Assembly (NCBI GenBank): GCA_003344405.1 | Contig: NOWV01000224.1 | Location: forward strand, 1-64,000 | Source: Trichoplax sp. H2 | Taxonomy: Eukaryota | Reading direction: 5' to 3' | DNA: 64,000 nt | Shown here: positions 1 to 14,539 of the stretch, in pieces | Layout: every line of letters starts with the position of its first letter | Position numbering within the stretch: position 1 is the first letter of the stretch | The notes under the pieces: generated by a model | The model's database searches: none | What the model was told of the DNA's origin: nothing | What the model saw: only the letters and a program-made list of their open reading frames with translations | Position numbers and translations under genes: made by a program

Positions 1-40
1 TGGTGGCTAATTCATGGACTTGCTCGGTTAGTAAACAACC

Positions 41-437
41 CACGGACCACTGGAAAAAAGACCTGGACTGGCTACTCTCTTCAGACAGACGGACTTTTCA
101 GAGCAGATACTGACGAAAATGTGGAAACTAGTTTTACTCAGTTTAGATCTTCCGTGTCTGTTTTGGAAATCACTCGTATTCATTTGAATAATGTTTATGA
201 TCTAAATGGACTGCCTCTAAACAAAGCTTAGTAACAGGGAATGGAAGGCAATGTAATATGACTTCATTGAGAAAAAAATCGGTCCATTCAGAATCGACCG
301 TCTGCATACTAAAGTACTATCATAATCAAGTGTTTGACACAATGGATTGTCTGCCAAAATAAGGTCCAATATCTGTCCGTCCAAAAAGAAGTTTCCCAGC
401 CAGCTTTTGTTCCTAGGAGTCAGTCAGTCAGTCCATG
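41..437. mobile_element. Degenerate MITE-like element, about 400 bp, with CAYGGAC termini
   Basis: The left end CACGGACCACTGGAAAAAAGACCTGGACTGG aligns loosely with the reverse complement of the right end, CATGGACT(GACT)3CCTAGGAACAAAAGCTGGCTGG. No TSD is visible. Confidence 0.35.
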
Positions 438-2489
438 TTTCATGACACTGTCTGACTTATACAACAGGGCAGTGTAGGATGTCAGTGATACAGTACAGTA
501 AAATGACTTGTAAAAGAATCATCCTCCTTCATTTTCAATACCCATACTATCGCAAACACGGCTTTCGTAAGAAACATCACAACTCAGCTTTGCTGCTACC
601 GACAGCAAAAGGCCGGATGCTCCATTTTGTAATGATATAACAGTAATTGAGTGATTATTGGATATTAATTAAGTTATGTTCCATTGAATGCTATTTAGAC
701 GACATTTTACTTGCGAGTAGTTCCTGGCTGATCAGTCTATATACGAGTCATGACATCGATACAGTGTAGTGTTACATTCAAGATTGAATTATGAACAAAC
801 GCTGCCATGAAGAGCAATGGCAATGGACGTATGTGTTATGGATTAGGAAACAATTTTTTTTTTTTTGGGGGGGGGGAAAACAGTTCATTAATCATGTGGC
901 TAACGAGTCTGGTCTAGACCATATTGACCATTTCAAAATGGAAAAAATAGACCCAAGTATGAGTGTATAAAGTGTGTTGGATTCATTAAATAGTCCATGT
1001 GTTGTTTACAGCTTTTACTCATAGACAAATATCATCTCTGAAAGATCCATTATATCATTAGTGTTGTTATGATGATGGTGTGTAGTCGATAGCGAAGTTG
1101 AAAAACACTGTTGCGACTTGTGAGTAGAATCACACGTCAGATCAAAGAATTGTGTTGTGAGAATATGTCACGATAGTGCATCCATTTGAACTTGGTTATA
1201 TTGATAAATTAATTAATTTATTGAATGACCATCTGTTGTAGTCGCATGGTCATTTAGGGTGGAGATACAGTCGTCATTTTATTCATTTGGCTAGTAATGA
1301 ATTCTGTTTGTGCGATGGTTGCACAGTACAATAAAGAAGAGAAGAATTCATCAAGCCGACTGGGTCCATAGGATGGGTACAGGTGTGCGATAGTGTGTGC
1401 ATGGAGGTAGGGTGCAGCTGGCTGGTTGGCTGTCAAGGTTGTCCGTGTGTACTATGGTCGAGTCCAGTCTACGATCAGTTGGGTCGATTACCCATGCAAG
1501 GCCCCTGTACTCAGTATTTTACCACGCTAGCCACAATGCGTTGCTCAGTACCCCCAGGCGATGTCTACGTCTACAGTCCACTACAGTCTCATCAACATTG
1601 CATAAATTAATAAAGTCTTGCATGGACTGATGGACAAACAGACTGTTGAATTCAATGAGCTTTGGTGGTAGCATTGAAGATTGTCATCATTTGTTAGTAT
1701 TGACGATGGAGTGGATGTTTTTTTTTTTGGCTGAACTCGATGGTATTGACTGATTGATCCAATGCTGTTGTTCTCTATACTATACTATAGTGTACTGCTG
1801 CTATGGAGTATCGTAGTTTTGTGGTTGCAATGTCTAGGATAGCATTTCCAAGCCGGGTACTGTACTGTACTAGGACAAACGATTGTCGTTTTTTTTACAC
1901 GGCCAGTGAGTGATGAAAGTAGATCGTCGTCTCATTTGTTCCCATCACTGTCTCCATAGATACAGTGCTGTTTCTACTGCACTGAAATGGAGCTGATGAA
2001 GGTGAATAGTCGGCGACTTGATGCTTTGGCTCAAAATGAGAGACATTGCCATTGTCAAATTGATCCTGTAAGCATCGTTTTGTTAGTCAATCGACTAATC
2101 GCGTTGGATCAAAATCGCGCTAGGATGCAAGGGATCCTTGACTGAATCTGCAACGACGATATTGTTGAAGGCTTGAACTAAGCCTACAACTGATCTCTTG
2201 CATTGGAATGGCGGGTCATGATAAAAGCATTCTGTCATTGAAATTGTTCTCTTAGAAAGAAAAAAGTCACAGCAAGTGATCATTGATGGCCTTCTTTCTT
2301 TTCTCCTGCTCCTCATAATACAAATAATAGTAATGATAATCATTATCATTACCATTGATATTGTTATTGTGATGAGTGCAAGTGACTCGTACTCGACCGA
2401 CTACCAGTACAGTGCGTACGCTAACGTGTAGTACAGTACTAGTGTATTCCAAGGAGATTTTGCGACACGTTGACACGGTCGTTTTAGTC

Positions 2490-3265
2490 CGCTTCAAAGC
2501 AGCGGGCAGATTGGGGGGATGTCCTAATTGTACTGTTCTGTACAGTGTACAGTACAGTGCAACCAAGCTTTGTACTGTAAACTGCAGGCAAAAGGGTGAA
2601 AAAATGCCCATGATGGACGGTACTGTAGAGTGATTGAATCATCGCTACGGGTCAGTCGTATCGTAGTGAAGCGCCATTGACATTCTAGTCATGATTATTG
2701 TTTGAAAGAAAGTCTGCTTCAATGCAGCGGATAGATTGGGGGGGGGGCGGACGGACACCCATTGTACTGTACAGTGTCTACTGTAGTGTACAGTACAGTA
2801 CAGTACGCTGTACAGTACAGTGCAACCAAGCTTCGTACTGTAAACCGCAGGCAAAAGAGTGAAAAAATGCCCATGATGGACGGTACTGTAAAGTGATTGA
2901 ATCATCGCTACGGGTCAGTCGCATCGTACTGAAGCGCCATGGACAGCCTAGTCATGATTATTGTTTGAAAGCAAGTTGCTTCAATGCAGCGGGCAGATTA
3001 GGAGGGATGGACGGACACCCCTTTGTACTGTACTAGTACTGTACTGTACACCTGTTGGTAAAGCACTGTACAGTGTACAGTGTACAGTGCAACCAAGCTT
3101 TGTACTGTAAACTGCAGGCAAAAGAGTGAAAAAATGCCCTTGACGGACTGTACTGTAGAGTGATTGAATCATCGCTACGGGTCAGTCGCATCGTACTGAA
3201 GCGCCACTGGCCTTGCTCAGCGCCATGGCCATTCTAGTCATTATTATTGTTTGAAAGAAAGTCTG
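2490..3265. repeat. Tandem repeat, 3 copies of about 225-265 bp with internal ACAGT/ACTGT tracts
   Basis: GCTTCAA(A/T)GCAGCGG...GTGCAACCAAGCTT...GTGATTGAATCATCGCTACGGGTCAGTCG recurs at about 2491, 2716 and 2978. Confidence 0.92.
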
Positions 3266-3845
3266 TGGCTGGAAAAAGTGGATACGTTGATTCAGTGGCA
3301 GTAGGTAAAAGAGGAGAAAGAATTGCATTTTAATATCCATTATTTACCTTTGAATTTTAATGCAAACCACTGCAGTATTGAGCGCCTTGCGGTACTTGTT
3401 GAAGAGAGAAAAATTACAACAAAAGCAATCGTCCATTGGCTTCCATTACATTTCACCAACGCTTTGAATGTAAAAAGGAAGGAAGAAATCCAAGGACAAG
3501 GAGCGTAGCGTCAAGGCAATTTTTTTTTTTCCACTGTATCCCTGCCAAGAGAGTGAGAGAGAGAGAGAAAGAGAAATCTTTTTTTTGCCCTTTGTACTGA
3601 TTGTGCTGGTGTTGTACAAAGTAGAAAGAGAGCTGTTAAAGATTGGATCAAGCGTTTTCAACAGTGGCTTACCTCTGGATAAAAGTGATTTCAACATTAA
3701 TTATTGCTGGCATCCTTGCATCGTCGTCATTAAATGATTGACGCTTTCCAAACAAAGTGAAAAATCAAGTGGAAATTGGACTGTCCCATTCAGACGCCAT
3801 TACACGCTCAACGTTTGTATTTGTCATTCAGGCCAAGTTTCATTG

Positions 3846-6800
3846 ATGACTTCTGAGCTCAATACTTGGAAGGTGCCTTACGTTGCACACTTTTGTTCCC
3901 TATATCGCCGCGTTTTAGGCCTTTTCGACTTTCAAATTGAGGTAAGAGCCAAAGGTAGAAAGCAATCACCGTCTTGACAGCCAATTCATGTCCACTCATA
4001 CAAAGTATTGTACTGTAGCCCCCCCCAACTAGTCGACAACTCCATTTGCACCGTACTCTACTCGACATCATTTGTTGGAAATCGATAGTCTTCTTTGTCA
4101 TTTTCTTGGACTATCAAGCAGAAAAGCTTAATGTCATCAACATCATCGCCATCCTTGTACAACAGACCTATTCTAGTCTATCAATCAGCCATTGCAGTAA
4201 GTTAAAATGCACACGCAAGTGCACCCATAAACAGTCTACCGTGCGTATAGCATTGACCATCATCACTGCTTCCCTGACAAATACGCTATTCAATCGTTTC
4301 CCTGAATAAAAATGAAAGAGAATCAAATCCTTTTCTCTCTTACATTACCTTTCACTTTTTCATCATGTGCTTGTCTTTCTAACTTTCTCCATCATCATTC
4401 AACCGTGTTGTCGTCTTCACCAGCACAAAAATGAATCAATCTCAACGGGATAATTAGCGTTAACGTAACTTCGACATTGAAAGACAGTCCTTTCTCTTTT
4501 CTCTTTTTTCTTTTTTGTCTGTGTGTATATTAGACTAGTTCTACCCGATCCAATAAAGTAAACTTCTAATTTTGCTACTTCAAGCCTTTTCTTATTCCCA
4601 TCATGATAATCAACCACGAACAAGTTCAAGAATACAGCTGATGATGATGTATTTTGTTGTTGAAATTTCTGATATTTTGGGCACATTTCCACAGGGTATT
4701 CTCTGATATTAGTGGTAATCAACTATCGATCATTTTATGAACAAGGCATTTTTTTCCACCAACTGATTCCAACAATTTCAAGAATACAGCTGATAATGAT
4801 GTATTTGTTGAAATTTCTGATACTTTGGGACACATTCGAGGGGATTATCTGATATTGGTAATCAACTATCGATCATTCTATGAACAAGACATTTTTTTTC
4901 TACCAACTCATTCACACTAGCGCTGGATGCGTACAGTATCTACATTGCCGTCGACTCATTCGACATGGTTGATAGTTCCATTTTATGCTTTGTACTGTAT
5001 TGGCGTTAAGATTCATTCCATATCCGTATACTTTTTGCCTACAACAACGTACTCTCGTATTTCTCAACCTATGATGTCGTTTCAGTAATTATCGCTTCAT
5101 CAAGTTGTAATAATTTAAAAAATTAATGTCATTATCATCCCAACGCTAACCGTATAGAGTAGAAGGATACATCCTTCTATTGAATGTTGGATACTGACAG
5201 CATGCAAGAATTTTACAAACCTGATCCCATTTCATTACATTAAGAATAAAGGATGCATTTTACCATGCCATTGACAAGAAGTTACGCGTACTGCTTATAT
5301 CGAGTTGATCCCTTATATATTTTTTTTTTTCCCTTTACGCGTATTAGTCGTGAAATGGACATCGTAGAAAATCGTTTAAATGAACTAAAACGATGCACAT
5401 TAGTTGCCGTTTTAATGGCGATGTTATAACCCTTTACATAATTTTCCTAACAATGTCCAACGCTTTCTTAAATGACACTGTTGACTTAAAATGTTTAAAT
5501 GCATTTTAAACTTCAATTTACATATTACGATCCTTTTAATCTAATCCATAATCCATTTTCGTATCCATCATTAGGATTTAGAAGATGATCTTTTACGAGA
5601 CAGAGACAAGGAAGACGAGCAACAACAATCTCTAGTCCATGAATTGTGCATCAGACTACTTTCGGCTATTTACGGCAAGAACGTGAGGTAAGGACACTGT
5701 ACACAATTTTTAGCAATTACTAAACATGATATCCATGAGACGAAAAGTACATCAAATGCCCAAAATATCCAAATTCACCACGAAAATAGGCGTTAAGCGC
5801 GCTTAATCAATCATAAACGATAGCTTTCTATGATTTAGAGATTGGAAAAAAAGCTACTAGTCTATGTACGCGCTAGTTTTTGAGTCTACTTTATCCTACG
5901 ATAACGGCATAAAGTACTATTCTATAAAGTACAAGATGGAAAATACCTTTATGGTAGCGCACATAATTTGATTGAAACTGTAACTCAGTCAGATATAGCA
6001 ATGGCCATTTCGATATTTGATCAACTTACACGTCATTTGTCAGAGGATATCCGTAACAAATATTTTTGCAAGGGTTAATAGAGTGTTAAAAAAAGGATGC
6101 AGATATTTTTCGGTATTTCTACCAAGATGTCACGTCATTTTCCATTACGAAGCTACTATAACTAATCGTTCATCTACGTTTTGAAGCAGACAATTTATCT
6201 TCACACCGATTGCAGTTGTTATTTTTTCTACTTTTACTTAAATTTTTTTCATTCATGACTCAATCTTTTGTTTCACTTTTACTTTGTTTCATACAGTAAG
6301 CGTCTAGTTTTAAACGTTCAAACATTTAAGCGGTCTCGTTAATTTTCTTGTAAATGATAGCATCCTTGAAAATGATGTAAGAATTTGATTTTCTCTTTCA
6401 TTATTGTTGTATTATTTTGAAAATAGTTAGCAAGTTTGATATATATATATGCTGTATACGCGTATACCCTTAAGTTATACCGATCTCTTTTCTTATACAA
6501 AACATTGAGCATGGGTGATGATTACAGTGCCATGTTGCGCGCATGCTAATGGATTAGAGTAAAAGAAGTGGTAACTATTTAAATCTTACTGAGAAGATTA
6601 TATTTTGAATCACTCTACATACAGTAATAAAACATAACAGTACAGTACTTAAGGAGAGATTTTGAACGTGTTTTGTATTGATAGGAACCCACAAATGAGG
6701 ATAATTTAGAAAACAGCTCTGATATTAGTCGCACTAACTAGCGTTGTGCATCCAGTATGATATACTATACCTACGTATAAACCAATAACCATTATTATTT

Positions 6801-9800
6801 ATTTTATTTTATTTTATCATTGTTATTTGTAAGTGACGAATGCAAGTTATACGGTAGTAAGATACATGTGTACTGGAATAGTAGGTAATGAAGTTGTTCG
6901 TTTTATTATCCCACAAGAGCCAGATTGGCCACGATAGCGCTATACTGTGCATCTAAATCTTGAAAGCGCAAAATGGGTTTCCATTCATTATCAACCTAAA
7001 TTTCTTAATCTCCCATTTTCTTTTTAAAAATAATTATAATCATTTAATCAATCACTTAGAATATTGTAAAGTGCAGAATAGTACTATCCCCGTAGATTAG
7101 CGCTATTCGAAACGACGCCAAAACAAGTCTAATTTAGCTTAGTTTATTAAAAAGATACATTTTTGTTATACATTTATAGCATTACAGTTTTGCGTCTTAA
7201 AATGTCTTGTTACACATGATAATTCACTAATGTACAGCAGTGTTATATCGACTCTAGTAGAAAATAAAAAATGTGTTGCTTGTTGTACAGTACTACTTGA
7301 CAAAAGCGTACACCGTTACTGTTTACTTCTTGCCATTGAAGTTGGACACGTGCGCCTTGTACAGTATACCAGGCGAAGTGATGCCATTGTGAAATCTGAA
7401 AAAGTAGTTGATGGTTACTGTATGCTTATCAGATCGATGATTTTTTCCTTGAGTTGATAAAAAAAAATAATATATGAACATATTACAAATAATTATTGGT
7501 TAGTTGTGGTGATATCATAATTAATCACAGCCTTCAGTAATGAATGATATAAGGGGAAAATATACTGATTTCTCGACATAAAATCTTGTACAATAAATCG
7601 CTTACTTCCTTCATCCTTTTAATAACCATTGTAGTCATACTTTGTAACGCTCATACTATTTTAATATGTAATATCAAAATAACCTGTAATAGAATTAACC
7701 TGATATGAAACAACATCAAGTGAACAAAATAGTTAACAATAATTCTACAATTGTCGAGTATAAATTAAATAGTGCAGAAATATCCGTTCTTAAATGTAGT
7801 AGCGTTATACCATACTTCATTCCTTTGGTCTCACTTATAGGTATAGGACACTTCGTTGGCAAATAAAATATTTCACTTTATAATCTCGTAGCTAAGATAC
7901 GTTTTTATGGTCGTTGTTGTACTGTAGATATATAAAAACTAGTACAATTTAATTTAAAGCAGCATTTGCTATCTCTACAAGTTATTGCTGTAGATCATTG
8001 AAACCACCGTACGTATTATTGCAAGGCAAACAACAGAGTTAACCATGAGAACTGTACAACTAGTAGTGATCTATAGTCATACACGTATGTTGCGGCATAC
8101 AATATACTCGTATAAGTACGCAAGCACAGCTTTCCTAGATTGCCAGTATGAAATTTATCGTGTAAATTAATTAAGAAAAAACTACCATTATATTATCGCA
8201 TATCTGATAAATTGCATCCTATTGTTTTCCTGTATCTCAAATGCTATGATATGCCGATAGTATACCAGTGACTACTGACTACTTAAAAAAAAAGAAAGAG
8301 TGTATTGCTGTTTCGTTTTTAGTGATCCCTACCGGCAGATATAATTGGCGTGTCCTGCAAGGATTGTGTTATACTATAATGGGATCGCTAATCCACTTTC
8401 ATATTTACTCTGCACAGTATTAGTACAGTATTACAGAATATACACGTATATAGTTATATTATACACGGTAATATTGGTGACCGACTGGTGGCTAACAATA
8501 TTTTTAGTTAGTGTGAAATAGGATAAGGGGTAAATCGTCCGTTCTACAAGTATACCGATTTCGTGATCGCACTCGTACATCTTTCTTGAATGACGTTTTG
8601 AAATCTTCGCCGACATACAGTACGTACAATAAGTACGTGCCATTCACAGCCTAAGCGGTATTCTAATGTTTACTAGCTTCGACAATCAAATACAGGGTAT
8701 TTGCAGTAGTGTATAGTACGTACATGCTGTGAGCTTGTTTGTTACATTGAAATGGTATTTTTATAAATGCTAGATACAGTAGACAGATTAAATCATACCA
8801 CTTGCTACTCTTCAGTTTGATAAGTATATTAAATTAATTTCAAAAATGTTTTTACGATATCTGTTTTACTAAAATTAAACCAAGGTACATCTTTAGTAGA
8901 ACTTTACTTTAACAGATATACTGTACTAGTACAGCATACAGTATAATTAATTGACTGCATATAAATTAAAGTTAATCTGCCCTTTCTTTTACTGTTTATA
9001 CCTGTTGATACTATCATCAACAAGCTTGCACAGTATTTTTGGTTTTTCTACGGCAACTACATCAGTTCCTTTATAGAAATAATTTTGGTAGGAGAAAATT
9101 GTATCCCATTTAAACTATTCTGCTCGCCAGCTTTACCATATTAATCCCTGCTTTTTCGATTGTAAATTTTACAGTTTGGAAAACAATATGCTAAATGTTA
9201 TTCTTTTTAATATCATTTGGAAATTTATAATATATCAGCACTAACTATTGCCATGTACTAGCTGATTTGCTAAACACGTTAATAATTCAATCAAGGCAAT
9301 TCTTTGTGATTACGTGTTTATCATATTGATAAAATACTGTAATAAAGCCCTTATAACATAATAGCTATTATATGAGTATGTCGCGATAGATAATTAATTC
9401 AAGATCTGAATTATTCGGTACATTACACCTGCACGGGGAATTTCATTTTGGACTAGCTGTTCAATGGGATAGAAAGGTTAAAAATAATTCGTTATAAGAT
9501 CTGACGTTCAGGTGCGAGTATATGCAGATTAACTTATACCGTCTAATTACAGTATGATACTATACACTTACTATTAATATCTATTCCAATGTGCATGGGA
9601 TGCCCCGGTTACTACTTTAGGAAACATACAGCTATCTCTCTTCGATTTTGGTTTGATTTTTACTTTTAAGTTGAATTATGATGCGTCATCACTTTTTTAG
9701 TCCTGTATGAAATAGTGTCGTATTTTAATTTTTTTGAATTAATTATTCTGTTTGCAGTATTTCCTGAGAATGTGCAATGTATCTATTTATGACAGTAGCA

Positions 9801-12800
9801 GAATATAGTCATTTATTAATCGTTAAATTACTATGGCATGTGATAATGTTGCTGGATTCAACAATGATATCTATATGCAAGGAAAAGAAGATGTAAATCG
9901 GATTTCTTTATTCCTTTACACTGATAGCGATGACGAGTTTTCGACCTATCTGTTGGATATATTAACGGTCAGGTATGAAGTGGAGGAGAATCATCCACAT
10001 CCTTTATGTGACAGACAATTCGGGTAAGATTATGGTATTTGCTCTTACCAACGATTATGTAGGGTAGTACAATAATTCTTACTGTAGTAATCGCTAGTTA
10101 GTATAGAATAGAATGAATTTGAAGCAAATAAATACGTTACTAAATGATAGATTACATATATTGGCATTTGTTCTCATATCAAATATCATTCAAGATTAGT
10201 TTTCACGTCGTTTTATTTCTCAATTCATATAAATAATAGCTATCGTAACAGTATACGAGCCATATTATCATTTGTGATCATTTTATTTTATAACTCTTTA
10301 TTTAATTATTTGATAATTCTCTGGCCCTGTCTTACTATAGCCAATTAACACCCCTCGAAAGAATCAACATCTTGCATAAGTTATGTGATTGGTCAATAGA
10401 CAGTTTTGACGAAACTGTTAGGGTATGTAAATTATATATTCAAACTGCAATATATAATTAATCATATTGATTAGTATATTGTGCTTGATAACGATTTAAG
10501 CTTACTAATTTATTTGTTCACCACAATAGGCAATCGATGCAGACGCTACACGTTTAGAACCTGTTGGAGTTGATCGGCATGGAAATAAGTATTGGTATTT
10601 TTTCGGGACAAGGTTATATAAAGAAGCAGTAAATAATAGTAGCAATAATAGAAAGAGATCTTCGAAAGCGAACAATAAGATTAAAAAGAAAGGTCGTGGT
10701 AGGCCAACAAAAAATAATAAGTAAGTACATATTTTGCTCTCCTTTATATGATACAAAGTAATTTAATTAAATCTCAGATTAACCTGAGTTTATTGTATTT
10801 AAATTCATTGTATATCTTCGTTAGAGCAGTATACTAGATGTTAAAATATTATAGAAGGAACGTATTATATATGAATCTAGAAGTAGTAATTTAATCGAAT
10901 TATTATCATTAAAAGTAATCAAGAAATTCAAAATGGAATGGTTAATAACAAGGAAAGTACATTATGGTCAGTAGTCTGTGCTACTGCTGCGGAATGGTCA
11001 AAGTTAGCAAAATCTTTTCGGCAAAGTACCGACAAAAATGAAAAGTATCTTTACGCAACATTGTCAACAGATTTCGTACCAGAAATTCCTTCTATGATTA
11101 TTCATAGGGTGCGTATTAATAATACTAAAGCGTATACAGTATTGACAGTAAAAACTTAAAAATTATTTCTTAAGATTATAATCAAAGTTTTGATAGTATT
11201 GTAACATTAATAATATGTTGAAGAATGATATTTATTTTTAAATATCTTCGTTTGCATTTGGTTATTTAATACTAATAATTATAGGAATAAATTGATATTT
11301 TTTAACAACTTAGGAAAAAGCGGCTCATAAAAAGTTAATGCTAGAATTAATGCCAAGAAGGACTTCTAATAGAATTGCTTCTAAGGTGGCGCGAAGAAAT
11401 GAAGGCGAAGACTCTGTCAGTAGATTACTTTTATTTAGACTTCCATGGATTATTAATGTTAATAAAAAGTGGACTAAGAATTTTGTTATCTATTTCAGAT
11501 ATATTTATTAACGTCAATTTTTAAATATAATGTCTAGGAGGAAGACGAAGATGAAGATGAAAGCAAAAAAGCTGAAGAATTAGCGCAGATCAGAATGGAA
11601 AGAGAGAAGGAAAGAAGGCAAAAAGAAAGAGAAGAGCAAAAGGCTGCTAAAGCTAGAAGAGATAAGGGTAAATATAATGTAATTAAAGGCTTAATTAGAA
11701 GTTGATTCTTCGCTAAAGCTGGTTCATTTTCTTTTATATCACAATCGAAATTATCAATAAATTGCTTTTTAGATGGACTGCAAAGTCCGCATTGTTTATT
11801 GCTAAGTTAAAGTTTACTTTTACTTGTACTAAATTAAATTTATAGAAAGACAAGATCGCGCTGAGCGAGTTAAACTCAGACATGAACGAATTATGTGGCA
11901 ACAAAGTGGTCTAGGATCACTACCAGAATACCTTCAAAGCAAAAATGATGGTAAAACCTATAATGAAAGCGAAGAAGAATCAGTCGAGGACGAATATGAA
12001 GATTTATATATTGGCATGCACAAAAGTATTTAACACGAGTTATATGTATTGATAGCCTGTCAGTATTAGTTGGTTGTAGGATAATTGTAACATGTTGTTT
12101 TTTTACTTCATGTTTTTGATCCAACGTTGTACTGTACTCTTAAATTAATCTACTATATGTATGCTATAACACCTCGCATTTGTAGTAATTGAAGTGTTTA
12201 AAAAGCATGAAGATTCTTGGCCCTTTATGGAACCAGTTACGGAAGATATTGCTCCGGGGTATTTTGAAGTTATCGAGGTTGGATATTTTTTTAATTGTCT
12301 TAAAAATATTTGGGATGAAATTGACCCTTTATCAATATGTCAATATGTGTACAATTATTGATATTGAGGACGAAATTAGTATTTTCGTAATAATTTGTTA
12401 GCATTAATAATTGGAAATTACAATTAATGATATGCTTTAGCAACCAATGGATATTGAAACTATCGAGAAAAAGTTAGAGAAACGAACATATAAAAAATCT
12501 GAAGAGGTAAAAAATATCTTTGCAATTGTACTTTAAATATAATTACCGTGTTCAGAATTTTGTGTGAATTACTATTAATTTTATTTTATTAGTATTTTTT
12601 GTGATAAAGATACTAACCGTTATGTCTTAACTATATTTTCTATTATAGTTTATCAGTGATATGCGCTTAATATTTGCCAACTGTATAGAATATAACGGAG
12701 AAGATAACTGTATGCTTATCTACCTTATAACGTTTTTTATCAGTTAAGGCTTGTATAACATATTGTACTTAATATCTATTATTACAATGTTATCGCTGCA

Positions 12801-14539
12801 TTTTAGGTTATACTGAAATGGCTCATAAACTTGAAGCCATGTTCAATAAGAGTGTACAGAAACATCTATTAGATGATGACAAAACAAGCGATGAAGAGTA
12901 TAAGATAGAAAGCGAGGTATCTAGCGAATCCAGTGAAATAGAGGAGGACGAAAATGAGAACGATTCTGCTCCTAAAAGAGCTAGAGGAAATATCCCACAT
13001 CCACCTATATCAAACGGTAGTACTTTTACAGGTGTACAGAATAACTGGAATGGTCATCCTAACAATGTGGTTATGTCGAATGTGGCACCTTATCCTTACC
13101 CTAACTATGTACACCATCCGCAATATGCGCCTTTTATTCATACTGGTCAATCCCCTATTAATCAAAATTCTGTTCACGGTCATCCATTTCCTCATTATTA
13201 TCCTACCGGACAACCAGTAGTTGACAATCACATGCACAAATCAATTGGTAATAATAATCAGCAACCTAATTATACCAATATACCGGCGTGGAATAATCCA
13301 ATGATGGTAAATCATGGAGAATCTAGTGCCACTAGTGGTATGAGGCAAATGCAGGGTAATAACAAAGGCCGTTTGCAACAATTATTAGAGTTTGGGACGC
13401 AGCAAGCGCAGCTTTTATCACAACCAAGGCATGTCTTTCCTCCAACTCCTCAACAGCAAGCACATACTCTGACTCCACCATATAACAATCATTTGCCTCA
13501 TTCATCACCTCATCTTCCATCAGCTTCGATGATTCAGCAGCCGCATCAGCAATTTTTTCCTTCTAAAATGTCTCAACTTCCTAATAATCATGCTAATTTG
13601 ACAAATACCGGAGGAGATTTGACGGTTAATTCGAAAGCAAGTCAAGATGTCTCTAATACATCTAATAGCAATCAACCGAATCGATTATCAGCAGGAAACC
13701 GTGAAGTAGCTCAAAATGCTGCTCGCCTAAACCTTCCAATGCCTTATACTGGAACGGGTGGAGTCGATCATGCATCTAATATAGCGCAGCAGTCAAATAG
13801 CTATAATCCTATGAAGGGACATGTACCAACTAACGAATACGCTAATTCTGTAAGTAATCAGAGTAAGCAAGGATCTGTAATTAATGCTTCATCTTATCCG
13901 GCGAGTACTGATAGTGGTAATAGTAATTCGTTAAATATTGAACGAGGAAGTTCTGTTGAACCAGTAATACAAAGCGCAAATGGTCATTTATCGCCGAATG
14001 AATATTTTCCTAATTATGGTAACGCACAACAATATAATCAAGGAACATTATCTAAGCAATTTTATCCGGATCTTAATTGGCAACCATCATACAATACTAG
14101 TAAAGAACCATACGATGGTACTGGTCCTATGACTCATTCACAGCCTGTTATGCAGCATCATTATCCTGCTTATTTTCAACATCAATCCGTAGACGGTGCA
14201 CATAATCTTAAACAGCAACAACAATATCATAACCCTCAATTTTATAATCCAGGATTTACTTCTGCCATAAATCCAAATACGTCAGAGTTTGCCAATGCTA
14301 TGCCACTTTTGAAAAATGGTGAAATTAGTAATCAAGCCAAAGGTAAGTTTATATGTTGATGATTTCTCTATATCTGAAAATGTATATTGTCCAATGTATA
14401 AAAAAATGTGCTAGAATTATAATATTTGTATTTGGATGGGTGATTTAATATATGCTAGTTAACTGCCTATATTATTGGATTGCTTTAAAAATATGCTATT
14501 ATTTGACTGTATAACTTTCTAGATGAAGAATGCAGTTAG
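3846..14539 (+). CDS. CECR2: CECR2-like chromatin-remodelling subunit (DDT/WHIM region, AT-hook, bromodomain, long low-complexity C-terminus); 14 coding exons
   Basis: Hand-spliced GT-AG exons with consistent phases: 3846-3941, 5575-5687, 9928-10023, 10341-10422, 10530-10720, 10916-11108, 11314-11415, 11538-11667, 11846-12025, 12186-12277, 12441-12506, 12649-12709, 12807-14342, 14523-14539. Translation includes [40 protein letters not shown], the AT-hook KKGRGRPTK and the bromodomain [11 protein letters not shown]...[11 protein letters not shown]...FANCIEYNG. These match CECR2 as I remember it. An acceptor at 3830-3831 implies an upstream, probably non-coding, exon. Confidence 0.88.
4625..4913. 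repeat. Direct duplication, about 150 bp x2, in CECR2 intron 1
   Basis: TTCAAGAATACAGCTGAT...AACTATCGATCATT at about 4625 and 4777. Confidence 0.88.

Noticed and set aside
587..610. Hairpin TTTGCTG-CTACCGA-CAGCAAA as a terminator or ncRNA
   Set aside because: Only a 7-bp stem, no match to an RNA family I recognise, and intrinsic terminators are not relevant in a eukaryotic nuclear context.
1254..2355. Short ORFs in moderately GC-rich sequence
   Set aside because: No recognisable homology and no consistent splice chain.
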